The translations under genes and the position numbers were made by a program. This document shows, one piece after another, positions 9,210-19,341 of a stretch of 64,000 nt of DNA (within the stretch, counting starts at the first letter, position 1; each line of letters opens with the position of its first letter). Where the stretch lies: contig JAZAMN010000071.1 of assembly GCA_036229005.1 (NCBI GenBank), positions 179,388 to 243,387 on the forward strand. Direction: 5' to 3'. The notes beneath the pieces were generated by a model. That model saw nothing but the letters and a program-made list of their open reading frames with translations, did no database searches and had not been told where the DNA came from. This DNA comes from Myxococcota bacterium (GTDB lineage Bacteria; Myxococcota_A; UBA796; CAJQPC01).

Positions 9210-10472
9210 TCAGAGCGTGGTCCACACCACCACGGGCTCGCTTGCGCCGCGAAGCTGGAGCTCGCCGTGGGGCTTGAGCAGGGGCTCGTCCAGGTCGGGC
9301 AGAGCCTGCACCACGGCGTCGGAGACCAGCACCGAGACGCCCTCCGCCTTGGTGGCGGACTCCAGGCGGCTGGCCAGGTTCACCGTCGCGCCCATCACCG
9401 TGTACTGCAGCCGGTCCGCCGACCCGATGTTGCCCGCCACGGTCCAGCCCCGGTGCACCCCGATGCCCTGCCGCAGCGGCGGGAGCCCCCGGGCCTCGCG
9501 CTCGCCGTTGTGGAGCTCCAGCGCCTCCTGCATCCCCAGCGCGCAGCGCACCGCCCGCTCGGCGTCGTCCCCCTGGGCCTCGGGCAGCCCAAAGACCACC
9601 ATGATGGCGTCACCGATGTACTTGTCCACCACCCCGCCGTGGGCGGAGATCACCTCGACCATGCGGTCCAGGTAGGCGTTCACCTCGGCCACCAGGCGCT
9701 CCGGCGACAGGGCGTCCGAGTAGGCCGTGAAGCCGCGCAGATCCGAGAACAGCACCACCACCTGCCGCCGGGCGCCGCCCAGCTCCAGGCCACCGCCCCC
9801 CTCATCGAGCACCGACTGGGCCACCGTCTCGGACACGTACACACCCAGCGCCTGCCGCGCGCGCTCCCGGTCGGTCACCGCCTGCGCCGCCTCGGTCACC
9901 AGGCGGCGGGTCCGCACGGTGATGGCGTCGCCCAGGGCCCCCGCGCCCACGAACATCGCCAGCCAGATGAACACGTCGGTGGGGCGCAGCATGGGGAAGG
10001 GCCCATTCAACGCCTGATCCAGCAGCCCCAGCCCCACCGCGGCCGCGCCGTTGAGGGCGATCGAGGTCCACACCAGCCGCCGATCCAGGCGCAGGCCGGA
10101 GACCGCCATGGCCAGGGCGTAGAAAGCCAACCCCGGCAGGTTGAACTGCCCCGGGTAGATCTCCCGCGCCCAGATCACGGTGGGCCAGAGCGCCACCGTG
10201 ACCACCAGACTGTCCACCACCGTGCTGGCCCACAAGCGCCAGGGGGCCTCGCTGCGGCTGCGCAGCGTCCAGAGCGAGAAGCCGATGCCGGAGCCCAAGC
10301 CCAGGATCACCAGCCAAGGCCGCAGGTGGAAGTCCGCGATCGCGACCCGATCCGCCCAGAGGAGCTGCAGCAGCACAAAGAAAGCCGCCGCCACCCGCAC
10401 CACCGCCACCGAGCGCTCACCGCGCCCGACGTTCCGCGCCAGGATGAGCTGCAGGTCGTCTGTGGTCCTCAC
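9210..10472 (-). CDS. Membrane-bound class III adenylate/guanylate cyclase
   Basis: Several TM helices, LFSDLRGFT, VDKYIGDAIM and YTVMGATVNLASRLE. GTG 10472 is the likely start. Confidence 0.9.
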   Translation of the reverse strand: MRTTDDLQLILARNVGRGERSVAVVRVAAAFFVLLQLLWADRVAIADFHLRPWLVILGLGSGIGFSLWTLRSRSEAPWRLWASTVVDSLVVTVALWPTVIWAREIYPGQFNLPGLAFYALAMAVSGLRLDRRLVWTSIALNGAAAVGLGLLDQALNGPFPMLRPTDVFIWLAMFVGAGALGDAITVRTRRLVTEAAQAVTDRERARQALGVYVSETVAQSVLDEGGGGLELGGARRQVVVLFSDLRGFTAYSDALSPERLVAEVNAYLDRMVEVISAHGGVVDKYIGDAIMVVFGLPEAQGDDAERAVRCALGMQEALELHNGEREARGLPPLRQGIGVHRGWTVAGNIGSADRLQYTVMGATVNLASRLESATKAEGVSVLVSDAVVQALPDLDEPLLKPHGELQLRGASEPVVVWTTL

Positions 10473-10530
10473 GGCGCCGGTGTAGCACAAGCGCCTGCAG
10501 GGGTGGGCCGCGGCGGGATATGCCGGAGCC

Positions 10531-10884
10531 ATGCCGACCCGCTTCCACCTGCGCTGCGCCACCCGCTTCCTCGCTCCTCTGGAGCAGGTGCGGGATCTCA
10601 CCAACCCCGAGGGCCCCTGGCTGCCCGGCCTGCGCGAGGCCCTGTTCGACGACTGGCAGCACGAGCGCCACTGGGAGCAGGCCACCGACGCCGTCCGCTA
10701 CGAAGACCGCATCAGCTTCACGCCAAAGGCCGGCAAGTACCTCGCGATCGCCACCGAGCGCCTGCTCCAGAGGCACCACCGGCACCTGGCCCAGCAGCTC
10801 CCCAGCGACGCCCAGGCCACCGCGGTGTCCACCTTGCGCCAGGTGTTCGAGGTGAAACAAGATCACACCACCGGCTTCATGTAG
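10531..10884 (+). CDS. Hypothetical protein (possibly a reduced SRPBCC-like fold)
   Basis: Coding-like composition with GGAG upstream. Pattern WQHERHW...YEDRISF. Confidence 0.55.
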   Translation: MPTRFHLRCATRFLAPLEQVRDLTNPEGPWLPGLREALFDDWQHERHWEQATDAVRYEDRISFTPKAGKYLAIATERLLQRHHRHLAQQLPSDAQATAVSTLRQVFEVKQDHTTGFM

Positions 10885-10905
10885 GCCCACCTCCAGGAGA
10901 TCCCC

Positions 10906-11199
10906 ATGCTGTTCCTGCTCTCTCTGCTGGCCTGCGAAGGCGAGGACACCGGCACCGACCGCGAGGCAGACATCGCCGCACTCCAGGGCGACACGGCCAA
11001 CGGCGAGACCCTCTACAGCACCTGCCAGGGCTGCCACGGCGCCGCCGGCGAGGGCACCGACAGTGGCCCCGGGATCGCCGGGGAGTCCAAGGCCGAGATC
11101 ATCGAGACCGTGCTCTACGGCGAGGACACCATGCCCGCCTACGAGAGCTGGGCCGACCAGGACATCGCCGACGTGACGGCCTACGTCCTCACCTTCTGA
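10906..11199 (+). CDS. Small mono-haem cytochrome c lipoprotein
   Basis: Lipobox LLAC, CQGCH, distal Met (MPAY) and AGGAG RBS. Confidence 0.9.
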   Translation: MLFLLSLLACEGEDTGTDREADIAALQGDTANGETLYSTCQGCHGAAGEGTDSGPGIAGESKAEIIETVLYGEDTMPAYESWADQDIADVTAYVLTF

Positions 11200-11283
11200 G
11201 CCCTTCGGGGGGACACACGCTGCTCTGAGGGACCCCGGCGCGGCCCGCCCGCGTTAAGGGGGCCGCCCGAAACGGAGCCACAG

Positions 11284-13644
11284 GTGCGCGTCCCCCTCTC
11301 CCTGCTCTCGCAGATGGTCGATCTGCCCGAGTCCATCGACGAGCTCGCCGAGAAGATGAACGGCCGGGTCTCGGAGATCGAGCACATCCACCGCTTCCCC
11401 AGCCGCCAGGCCTTCGCCGACGTGGTCCGCGTCGAGCTGGTCCAGGTCGTCCAGGAGAGCGCCGACTACCAGCGCTGGGAGGCCACCTGCAGCACCGGGA
11501 CCGTCCACATGGTCGTCGGCAAGAAGCACGGGGTCCGCGCTGGCGAGGCCTTCTGCGCCGTGCTCTCCGGCGGCAGCACCCCTCTGGGCGAGGCCGTCAC
11601 CGGCCGGGACCTGGACGGGCTGGCCTCCGACGGCATGCTGCTCTCCGAGGAGTCCGCCGGCGTGGGCAGCGACTCCACGCACCCCCTGCGTCTGGCCCCC
11701 GATGTCCTCGCCGATGCCGACCTGTGGCAGGCGTTGGGTCTGGACGACGTCGTGCTGGAGTTTGACCTGGAGCCCAACCGCTCCGACCTCTTCTCCCTCA
11801 TCGGCATGGCCCGGGACGTGAGCGCCATCTACGGTGTGCCCCTGCGCGCCCCCACCCTGGCCGACGACAGCGCCTGGGGGAGCTCCGCCCTCAAGATCGA
11901 CGTGAAGGCCCCCGCCTGCACCCGCTACGCCGCGCTCGAGCTTCGCGGTCTGGGCAGCGGACCGGCCCCCCAGTGGCTGCAGAACGCCGTCCGCAAGCTG
12001 GGCATGCGCCCCATCAACGCCGTGGTCGACGCCGCCAACCTGGCCATGATGGAGCTGGGCCACCCCATGCACACCTTCGACCGGGCCACCATCGGCAGCG
12101 GCGTGATCGGCCTGCGCATGGCCGCCCCGGACGAGACCATCACCACCCTGGACGGGACCGAGCGCACCCTGACCGACGAGTGCCTGCTGGTCACCGACGG
12201 CGACCGCCCCGTGGCCCTGGCCGGCATCATGGGCGACGCCAGCTCCGAGATCGGCCCCGAGACCGACTCCGTGGTGATCGAGGCCGCCCACTTCGACATG
12301 TTCACCGTGCGCCGGGCCTCCCGCCGCCTGGCGCTGCGCACCGAGGCCTCCCTGCGCTTCGAGAAGGGCCTGGCCCCCCAGGGAGTGATGCCCGCCGTGC
12401 GCCGCCTGGTCCAGCTCCTGAGCGGGCTCTACCCCGACACCCAGGTCCTGGGCCTGGTCGACCACTGGCCCGAGCCCCCCGCCGACCACGTGATCGCCTT
12501 CGACCCCGACCTGGCCCGCAAGCGCCTGGGCATGGACGTCCCCGACGACCTGATCCGCAGCCGCTTTGCCGCCCTGGGCCACCAGGTCGGCCCCGACTGG
12601 AGCGTCACCATCCCCCCCTGGCGCCCGGATCTGCGCATCCAGGAGGACCTGAACGAAGAGGTCGGCCGCATCCACGGCTACGAGCACGTGGTCGCCGAGC
12701 TCCCCAAGGCCGAGCTGGCGCCCCCCAAGGACAACCCCGTGTTCACCCGGGGCTTCGCGGCCCGCCGCACTCTGACCGGCCTGGGCTTTGACGAGATCTA
12801 CCTGGGCGTGTGGGTCAGCCAGCAGCAGGTGGAGCGCTTCGGCCTGCGCCCCGACACCCTGGTGCAGCTCAAGAACCCCCTGCACGCGCACCTGGAGTTC
12901 TTCCGCCCCAGCGCCCTGCCCGATCTCATCGAGGCCGTGCGCGAGAACCGCAAGCGCCACGACAGCTTCAAGCTCTTTGAGCTGGCCAAGGTCTACGGCC
13001 GCATCGACGGCAAGGCGCAGGACCGCAACCACCTGTGCGGAGCGGTCGCGGGTCCGGGAGAGGACAAGGCTGGGGAGCGCTTCTACGCTGCTCGGGACGC
13101 CGCTCTGGCCGCTCTGGCCGCCCTGGGCTTGTCGGCATCCGTTGGCATCGGCGAGGTCCCCAAGTGGGCGCTCGCCCACTGCTTCCACCCCGGCCGCCAG
13201 GCCGTGATCACGGTGGCCGGACACCCCCTGGGCTTTGTCGGCGAGCTGCACCCGGGGCTGGTGCGTGACCTGGGCCTGGACGAGGCCTTCTCGGCCTTCT
13301 TCATCGACTTCCAGGGCCTGCTGGACCTGCCCGCGGAGCGCACCCGCTTTGTGCCCCCGGCCCGCTTCCCCGGCATCGAGGTGCACGCCAACGTGCTGGC
13401 CCCCGAGCGCCTGCTGGCGGCCGAGCTGCTGGCCACCGTGCGCGCCGCTGGGCTGGAGCGCCTGGAGCACGCGGACATCCGCGATGTGTACGCCGGCAAG
13501 GGGGTGCCCGACGGGCACAAGCGCGTGACCCTGGAGCTGGCCTTCCAGCACCCCGATCGCAGCCTGCGCAGCGAAGAAGTGGACGCCTGGGTCCAGACCC
13601 TCAAGTCCCACCTGGCCACCAAGGAGCTGAACCTGGAGGTCTGA
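11284..13644 (+). CDS. pheT: Phenylalanyl-tRNA synthetase beta subunit
   Basis: SDGMLLS, PNRSDL, PINAVVD..N, GHPMHTFD, ASLRFEKG, RPDL..EDLNEEVGRIHGY and a C-terminal FDX-ACB domain (DVYAGKGVP). Confidence 0.96.
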   Translation: MRVPLSLLSQMVDLPESIDELAEKMNGRVSEIEHIHRFPSRQAFADVVRVELVQVVQESADYQRWEATCSTGTVHMVVGKKHGVRAGEAFCAVLSGGSTPLGEAVTGRDLDGLASDGMLLSEESAGVGSDSTHPLRLAPDVLADADLWQALGLDDVVLEFDLEPNRSDLFSLIGMARDVSAIYGVPLRAPTLADDSAWGSSALKIDVKAPACTRYAALELRGLGSGPAPQWLQNAVRKLGMRPINAVVDAANLAMMELGHPMHTFDRATIGSGVIGLRMAAPDETITTLDGTERTLTDECLLVTDGDRPVALAGIMGDASSEIGPETDSVVIEAAHFDMFTVRRASRRLALRTEASLRFEKGLAPQGVMPAVRRLVQLLSGLYPDTQVLGLVDHWPEPPADHVIAFDPDLARKRLGMDVPDDLIRSRFAALGHQVGPDWSVTIPPWRPDLRIQEDLNEEVGRIHGYEHVVAELPKAELAPPKDNPVFTRGFAARRTLTGLGFDEIYLGVWVSQQQVERFGLRPDTLVQLKNPLHAHLEFFRPSALPDLIEAVRENRKRHDSFKLFELAKVYGRIDGKAQDRNHLCGAVAGPGEDKAGERFYAARDAALAALAALGLSASVGIGEVPKWALAHCFHPGRQAVITVAGHPLGFVGELHPGLVRDLGLDEAFSAFFIDFQGLLDLPAERTRFVPPARFPGIEVHANVLAPERLLAAELLATVRAAGLERLEHADIRDVYAGKGVPDGHKRVTLELAFQHPDRSLRSEEVDAWVQTLKSHLATKELNLEV

Positions 13645-13710
13645 TCGCCCGGTCCAAGCCGCCGAATCGGTCAAGCTCCCGCCCCGGATTCCGATGACCG
13701 GTCCGGGAGC

Positions 13711-16026
13711 TTGAGTTTCTTGAAGCGTCGTCGTGTACAGACCCTGATGACCCTGACCGTCTTTGTCCTGCTGGGGCTGGGGCTGGGGCTGAACCTGGTG
13801 CGCGAGCAGCGCTCGGCGCAGCAGGACACCGAAGAGGTCATGACCGGGCTGCTCCAGACCACCGTCGCGGGTCTGGACAACTGGCAGGAGCGCGAGACGG
13901 ACCTGGCGCGGGTGATGGCGGGCCGCCCAGAGGTGGTGGCCGTGGCCCAGGCGCTGCTGGAGACAGCACCCGGTGACCTCGTCGGGGCCCAGGCGCAGAC
14001 AGAGGCGCGGGCGATCTTCGATCAAGGGCGGTTGACCCAGGCGCACCAGGGCTTCTTCCTGGTCTCTCCCCAAGGCCTGAACCTTGCGAGCTCCCGAGAT
14101 GAGAACGTGGGGGCCACCAACCTGCTGGTGACCACCCAGACCCTCAAGCGCGCCCTGGCGGGGCAGGCGGGGATGTCTCCGCTGCTGGCCTCGGACGTGC
14201 CCATCGAGCGCCAGGGCACCGTCCAGGCCAACGCCCCGACGCTGTTCTCCGCGGCCCCGGTCCTGGACGCCCAGGGGCAGGCCATCGCCGTGCTGTTGCT
14301 GCGCATCGACCCCACCCTCACCCTGGAGCCGGTGCTGCGGGCGGCGCGGCTGGGCGAGACCGGAGATGTCTACGCGGTCAACCGCCAGGGCATGCTGATG
14401 ACCAGCTCGGCCTTCCCCAAGCAGCTCCTGCAGCTCGGGCTGGTGGAGGAACTCCACACCGAGGCCGGCCACCTGGAGCTGCGCACGCCCAAGGGCCCGC
14501 TGACGCGGTCCGCACACAGCCTGATCACGGGGAACAGCGGCGGGAGCGGGCAGGCCTATGCGGACTACCGCGGGGTCCCGGTCATCGGGGCGTGGCAGTG
14601 GTACGCGCCCCTGGACGTGGGCATCATCGTGGAGCAGGACGCCGCGGAGGCCTACGCAGCCCACACCCGCCACCAGCGCATCAGCATGATCGCGGCCTTG
14701 GGCGGCATCCTGCTGGTGGGCGCCCTGATGGTGGCCTGGCACAGCGGGCAGGCGGATCTGGACTCCCTGAACGCTTCGCTGGAAGAGCGGGTGGCCCAGC
14801 GCACCCTGGAGCTGCTGCACGCCAACCGCACCAAGAGCGAGTTCCTGGCGCGGGTCAGCCACGACATCCGCACGCCCATGAACGCGGTGATCGGGCTGCT
14901 GGACCTGGCCCAGGACCCCAGCACCCTGGACCAGGAGCGGGACGACTTCCTGCGGCGGGCCGAGGGCTCCGCGCAGCTCCTGCTGGGGCTGCTCAACGAC
15001 GTGCTGGACCTCTCCCGCCTGCAGGACGGCAAGCTGCCGCTGGTGAACGAGAGCTTCCCCCTGGAGGAGGTCCTGACGCCGCTGCGCGACCTGGTGTTCG
15101 CCAAGCGGGCCTACAGCGTTGACTTTGTGATGGAGCTGGACGCCGAGGTCCCCCAGACCGTGCTGGGCGACCGCCTCCGGCTGGCCCAGGCGCTGTCCAA
15201 CCTGGTCGGGAACGCCGCCAAGTTCACCCCAGAGGGCAGCATCACCCTGAGCGTGCGCCGCGAGCCCGACGACATGCTGCGCTTCGAGGTCCGCGACACC
15301 GGCGCCGGCATCGACCCCGCCCAGGTCGAAGACTTGATGGACGCCTTCACCCAGGCCTCCGCGCAGGTCGCCCACAGCCACGGCGGCAGCGGGCTGGGCC
15401 TGGCCATCTGCAAGGGCCTGGCCGAGAGCATGGGCGGCGACCTGAGCATGGACGGCGCGCTCGGCGTCGGGACCACCGCCACGCTGCGGGTGAAGCTCCC
15501 CAAGGGACGCCCGGTGTCCCAGGACGGCCCGGGCGCGGACCTGCCCAGCCTGGAGGGCATGCACATCCTGGTGGTGGACGACAACCAGGTCAACCGCATC
15601 GTCGCCCGCGGCATGCTGGAGCGCTCCGGCGCTCAGGTCAGCGAGGCGGTCAACGGCGAGCAGGCGCTGGAGCGCATGGCCGAGGCGCTGCCCGACCTGG
15701 TGCTCATGGACCTGCAGATGCCCGTCATGGACGGCATCGAGGCCACCTCGCACGCCCGCGCCCAGGGGATCGACATCCCCATCCTGGCCATGAGCGCCGC
15801 GGCGATGGCCCAGGACCGGGCGCGCTCAGCGGCCGCCGGGATGAACGGACACCTGCCCAAGCCGGTGGCCCGGGAGGTGCTGATCCGCACGGTGTGCCGC
15901 TTCGTCGAGCTCTCCCGGGGGCACGACTGCACCCAGGAGGGCGACGCTCAGGGAGAGGGCTGCGCGCTCAAGAGCACCTGCGCGGCGGACTGCAGCCGGG
16001 GGTCGTCGGAGGCCAAGGCGTCCTGA
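13711..16026 (+). CDS. Membrane hybrid sensor histidine kinase/response regulator with a Cache-like periplasmic domain
   Basis: Two TM helices, [49 protein letters not shown] and receiver [10 protein letters not shown]. Start uncertain. Overlaps the convergent gene by 79 bp. Confidence 0.92.
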   Translation: MSFLKRRRVQTLMTLTVFVLLGLGLGLNLVREQRSAQQDTEEVMTGLLQTTVAGLDNWQERETDLARVMAGRPEVVAVAQALLETAPGDLVGAQAQTEARAIFDQGRLTQAHQGFFLVSPQGLNLASSRDENVGATNLLVTTQTLKRALAGQAGMSPLLASDVPIERQGTVQANAPTLFSAAPVLDAQGQAIAVLLLRIDPTLTLEPVLRAARLGETGDVYAVNRQGMLMTSSAFPKQLLQLGLVEELHTEAGHLELRTPKGPLTRSAHSLITGNSGGSGQAYADYRGVPVIGAWQWYAPLDVGIIVEQDAAEAYAAHTRHQRISMIAALGGILLVGALMVAWHSGQADLDSLNASLEERVAQRTLELLHANRTKSEFLARVSHDIRTPMNAVIGLLDLAQDPSTLDQERDDFLRRAEGSAQLLLGLLNDVLDLSRLQDGKLPLVNESFPLEEVLTPLRDLVFAKRAYSVDFVMELDAEVPQTVLGDRLRLAQALSNLVGNAAKFTPEGSITLSVRREPDDMLRFEVRDTGAGIDPAQVEDLMDAFTQASAQVAHSHGGSGLGLAICKGLAESMGGDLSMDGALGVGTTATLRVKLPKGRPVSQDGPGADLPSLEGMHILVVDDNQVNRIVARGMLERSGAQVSEAVNGEQALERMAEALPDLVLMDLQMPVMDGIEATSHARAQGIDIPILAMSAAAMAQDRARSAAAGMNGHLPKPVAREVLIRTVCRFVELSRGHDCTQEGDAQGEGCALKSTCAADCSRGSSEAKAS

Positions 16027-16472
16027 GCGACCTGGAGCTGCGCCTCTGAGAGCTCACGGCCCACCACACAGCGCAGACCGGCGGCCTGGAGCTTGGGGTG
16101 GATGTCGGCCTGGGCGCGGGCCAGACAGAACTCGGTGGACGCGGGGTAGCTGGCCAGCAGCAGGGTGGCGCGCTCGGCCTCGACCATGCCCGGGTGGAAC
16201 TCCGCGACGTACTGCAAGATGGCCTGCCCGTCGCCGTGGGAATCGATCACCTCGCGGGGGGGGAGATCGTCGACGTGCCGCGCTGCGAGCAGCGCGAGGA
16301 CAGCCTCGGTGCCAGAGGGTGCATCCGGGGTGTCCGCAGCAGCCTCCCGCTGGCTCTCCACCTGAGGCGGCTTGGAGGGGAGCGCTTCGATGGCCTGGGC
16401 GGTGGCCCCGGCGGCGAGGCCAGCTTCAACGGGGGCCTGCTCGGCGCAGGCGAGGGCAAGCAGCAGCAACAT
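15948..16472 (-). CDS. HEAT-like repeat lipoprotein (paralogue of the upstream gene)
   Basis: MLLLLALAC start. LLAARHVDDLPPRE...ERATLLLASYP aligns by eye with the neighbour. TGATG coupling. Confidence 0.7.
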   Translation of the reverse strand: MLLLLALACAEQAPVEAGLAAGATAQAIEALPSKPPQVESQREAAADTPDAPSGTEAVLALLAARHVDDLPPREVIDSHGDGQAILQYVAEFHPGMVEAERATLLLASYPASTEFCLARAQADIHPKLQAAGLRCVVGRELSEAQLQVAQDALASDDPRLQSAAQVLLSAQPSP

Positions 16473-17086
16473 CAGGACTCCAGCAGCTCGTGGATACGGG
16501 TTTGGGTCTGGGGGTGCACCTTCTCACTGGCGGCGGCCTCCTCCAAGCGCTTCCGGGAGGCGGGCACGTCGGCCAGCACCTCGGCGGCGGCGATCCCCAC
16601 GCGGGGGTCTTCGTCGGCCAGGGCGTCCTCCAGGGCCTCGCGCATGGACTCGGAGGCAGCCACATCCTGACCCGCCAGGCAGCGGGCGGCGGCGGCGCGC
16701 ACCTTGGGCTCGTTGTCCTCCAGCATCTTGCGGCAGAACACGCCGATGTGGGACTCGGGGTAGAGCGCCAGCAGCAGCAGCGCGCGCTCCCGGACCACCA
16801 GCTGGGGGTCCTTCACGGCCAGATCGGCCAGCTTCTGGGCGGCGTCGGGGTGCGTGTCCAGGGCCTCGCGGGTGGGCAGATCCTGGACGTCGTGGGCCAG
16901 CAGCAGCGCGCGGACGGCGTCGCTCTCGGCGGAGAGGGCCCCCTCGGCACCCAGCGAGGGCGCGTCCTGGGGAGGAGCGGCATCTGCGGGACGCGACGGC
17001 AGAGACTCCACCGCCTGGGCCTCTGCGGCGACCTGGGGCTCCGGACTCGACGTGGTGGCGCAAGCGAGGACAAAGAGCAGCGTCAT
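16472..17086 (-). CDS. HEAT-repeat lipoprotein
   Basis: MTLLFVLAC start and HEAT units LEDNEPKVRAAAARCL and LADEDPRVGIAAAEVL. Confidence 0.78.
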   Translation of the reverse strand: MTLLFVLACATTSSPEPQVAAEAQAVESLPSRPADAAPPQDAPSLGAEGALSAESDAVRALLLAHDVQDLPTREALDTHPDAAQKLADLAVKDPQLVVRERALLLLALYPESHIGVFCRKMLEDNEPKVRAAAARCLAGQDVAASESMREALEDALADEDPRVGIAAAEVLADVPASRKRLEEAAASEKVHPQTQTRIHELLES

Positions 17087-17093
17087 GGCGACC

Positions 17094-18242
17094 TCAGCGG
17101 GTGATGGGCGAGCGGGAGAGGACCATGGCCTGCGAGTCGGTCACCTGGTCCTGTGCGAAGGAACCCGCGACCCAGAACATGAAGTTCGCGCCGTCATAGT
17201 CCGCGCACTCTTCGGCCGTGAAGTAGCCGTCGCCGTCGTCCGCGCTGGCCGGGCAGTTGGGGGTGTCGTCCAGCGACTCGGTGCGGCTGCCGTCGGACTC
17301 CGTGGTGTGGAAGAGCCCCATCTGGTGGCCGACCTCGTGGGCCATGGTCTCGCCCATGGTCTGGGTGTCCAGGCTGTTGCCCCAGTAGTGGCCGTCCACC
17401 GCGACGATCACGCCCGCTCCGTCCATGCCGTGCAGGCCCACGGGGCCGGGGATGCCGGCGGCCTCGCCCAGGGTGCCGGACTCGTCGGAGTAGTCCTGGA
17501 TGATGAAGAGGTTCATGGCCTGGGAGCTGCCGTCGATGGCCAGGCTGCGCAGGGCGTTGGAGTCGTCGTAGGCGATGAAGCCGCTGCCGTCCGTGGTGTA
17601 CAGGGTCACGTCGCCCACCGCCGGGCCGCCCCCGTTCGCCCAGACCTCGTCCATGCGCTCCAGGGCATCGTCGAGGTCCTCCTGGTAGAGCTCGGTGTCG
17701 CCGACGACCACGATGTTGAGGTCCACCTGACCCTGACCGGGGTCGAAGCGGCGGGAGACCACGTGCAGGGTCGCGGCGCCCTCCTCGAAGGCGGCGGGCT
17801 GCAGGACCAGGCAGGAGCCGTCGGGGGTGGTGTCCGGGGTGATGGGCAGCACAACCGTGCCGCCGAGCACGCCCCAGTGGTAGTAGGGCGCCGACCACCA
17901 GCCGCCGGGGCTCTCATCGGCCAGGCCCACGTCGATGAAGGCCTCCCCGTCCAGGGCCACCAGGCCGAAGCCCGTCTCCACGCCGGTCATCTCGACCGTC
18001 GCGGCCACGGAGCTGGTGTCCGACGGCAGGGCGATGGTGACGGACTCACCGCGGGAGACGCCCACCGAGTTGTCCCAGACCAGATCCATGTCGAAGGACT
18101 GGACCGAGAAGGCGCCTTCCTCCCCCAGGACGATGGCGTCGTCGCCACACTCGGGGATCTCGGTGCCTGCGGTATCGCCGAGGGCGCCGACACATCCGAG
18201 GGTGAACAAGGCAAGGAGCAAGCCGGTGTGGTGCAGTCGCAA
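17094..18242 (-). CDS. Exported metzincin zinc metalloprotease (M43/pappalysin-like)
   Basis: HEVGHQMGLFH zinc motif and Met-turn NFMFW. TTG 18242 is preceded by GGAGG and followed by a signal/lipobox-like LLLALFTLGC. Confidence 0.82.
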   Translation of the reverse strand: MRLHHTGLLLALFTLGCVGALGDTAGTEIPECGDDAIVLGEEGAFSVQSFDMDLVWDNSVGVSRGESVTIALPSDTSSVAATVEMTGVETGFGLVALDGEAFIDVGLADESPGGWWSAPYYHWGVLGGTVVLPITPDTTPDGSCLVLQPAAFEEGAATLHVVSRRFDPGQGQVDLNIVVVGDTELYQEDLDDALERMDEVWANGGGPAVGDVTLYTTDGSGFIAYDDSNALRSLAIDGSSQAMNLFIIQDYSDESGTLGEAAGIPGPVGLHGMDGAGVIVAVDGHYWGNSLDTQTMGETMAHEVGHQMGLFHTTESDGSRTESLDDTPNCPASADDGDGYFTAEECADYDGANFMFWVAGSFAQDQVTDSQAMVLSRSPITR

Positions 18243-18370
18243 GGGGGGCCTCCAGTGGGGAGGAAGGTAGCACTGGAGGGGGGTGGGTGGGGTTGCGGAG
18301 TTCTGAAGGGGAGGGGGACTCCGGACATGGCTGGTGGATAGGGGTGTCGGCCCGACCGAGCCCTGGATCC

Positions 18371-18473
18371 GGCGGGCGGGTGGCTTGGAGGGCGGCGTCT
18401 CGGGTCCGGCTCGTGGGGAGACCAGGTCTCGGGATCGGCGAGCGGGTGGCGTGGCGGGCGGTGTCCCGGGTCC
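18371..18473. repeat. G-rich ~66-bp tandem unit, about 1.6 copies, leading into structured element A copy 1
   Basis: GGCGRGCGGGTGGCKTGG..GGCGG.GTCYCGGGTCC at 18371 and 18437. Confidence 0.8.
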
Positions 18474-18850
18474 CAACGTCGCCTGTCTCTTTGGTAGGGG
18501 GCTCCGCCCCCTACGGCAGCAAGCTGCCTGACCCCCAGGGGGGCCCCCTACAACCCCCACGGAGGCTGCGCCTCCATGGGGGCTTTCGCCGAGCCCTTCA
18601 CCCGGCAAGCCGGGCTTGGTCCGCGCCGGCCCCCCAGTTGCAAAACGCGACTCGGACTGTCGCAGAACGGAGTTCTGCGGTCCGGTCTCGTTTGTGCAAG
18701 TCCCCCCCGGCGTCGGGTCGCGGAGCGACCTGCACTGACGTACCCGTTTTCCACGGGGCCTAGGGCCCCCTCTCCCCTGCGGGTCGGGAAAACGGGCACG
18801 CAATGCAGCCCTTCGGGCCGACACCCTCCATGGGTCTCGGTGGCTGGGGG
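18472..18850. repeat. Structured non-coding element A, copy 1
   Basis: Near-identical to 19340-19645. Consecutive and nested hairpins: GTAGGGGGC-TCC-GCCCCCTAC, GCAGAAC-GGA-GTTCTGC, CCCGTTTTCC...GGAAAACGGG. Confidence 0.9.
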
Positions 18851-18906
18851 CGGACGGGCAGCAACCTGGTCTGCAGACTCTGGTCTGTGGCACGGCCACG
18901 GGGTGT

Positions 18907-19150
18907 GAGTGAGCGGAGGGGGGCGGCTACGGGGTCTGAATGAGCGACTTCTTGAGGCTACGCCCCACCAGTGATCGATTTGGCCACCGAAACGGGCCCA
19001 GAGAGGCGATCTTGGGGCCGTTTGGGCGGGTTGGAGGCAAGATCAGGGGCAGATCGGTGGCTTGAGCGCTCACTGAGCCGCCGTAGCCTCAGCGAAGCGC
19101 TCACTCGCCCCAGGTGGCCTCGGTGGGTCGCTCATTGAGGGCCGGTAGCC
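18907..19150. repeat. Inverted 31-bp-periodic array, family B, copy 1
   Basis: AGTGAGCG-N9-GGCTACG-type units at 18907, 18938 and 18969. Inverted CGCTCAYT boxes at 19067, 19098 and 19129. Inner GCCACCG/CGGTGGC inverted repeat. Confidence 0.85.
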
Positions 19151-19172
19151 CTGGAGAGGAGGTGTGGGGCTT

Positions 19173-19341
19173 GCGGGCGGGTGGCTTGGTGGGCGGCCTC
19201 CCGGGTCCGACTTGTGGGGAGAGTTGTGTCATGGGTTCGGCGAGCGAGTGGCGTGGCGGACGGCTTCCCGGGTCCGGCTCGTGAGGAGAGGAGGTCTCGG
19301 GATCGGCGGGCGGGCGGCGTGGCGGGCGGCGTCCCGGGTCC
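19173..19341. repeat. G-rich ~66-bp tandem unit, about 2.6 copies, leading into element A copy 2
   Basis: Units at about 19173, 19239 and 19305, homologous to those at 18371 and 18437. Confidence 0.8.

Noticed and set aside
11200..11283. T-box or attenuator upstream of pheT
   Set aside because: The region is only ~80 bp with GC hairpins, and has no T-box consensus or Phe-rich leader peptide.
11254..15753. Very long antisense ORFs (also 326-3046, 22120-25470, 45609-49613, 54045-56858)
   Set aside because: These are shadow frames opposite well-supported genes, expected at high GC3.
15948..16026. 79-bp convergent overlap as a functional dual-coding region
   Set aside because: It is most simply a non-conserved tail extension after the receiver domain in stop-poor GC-rich DNA.
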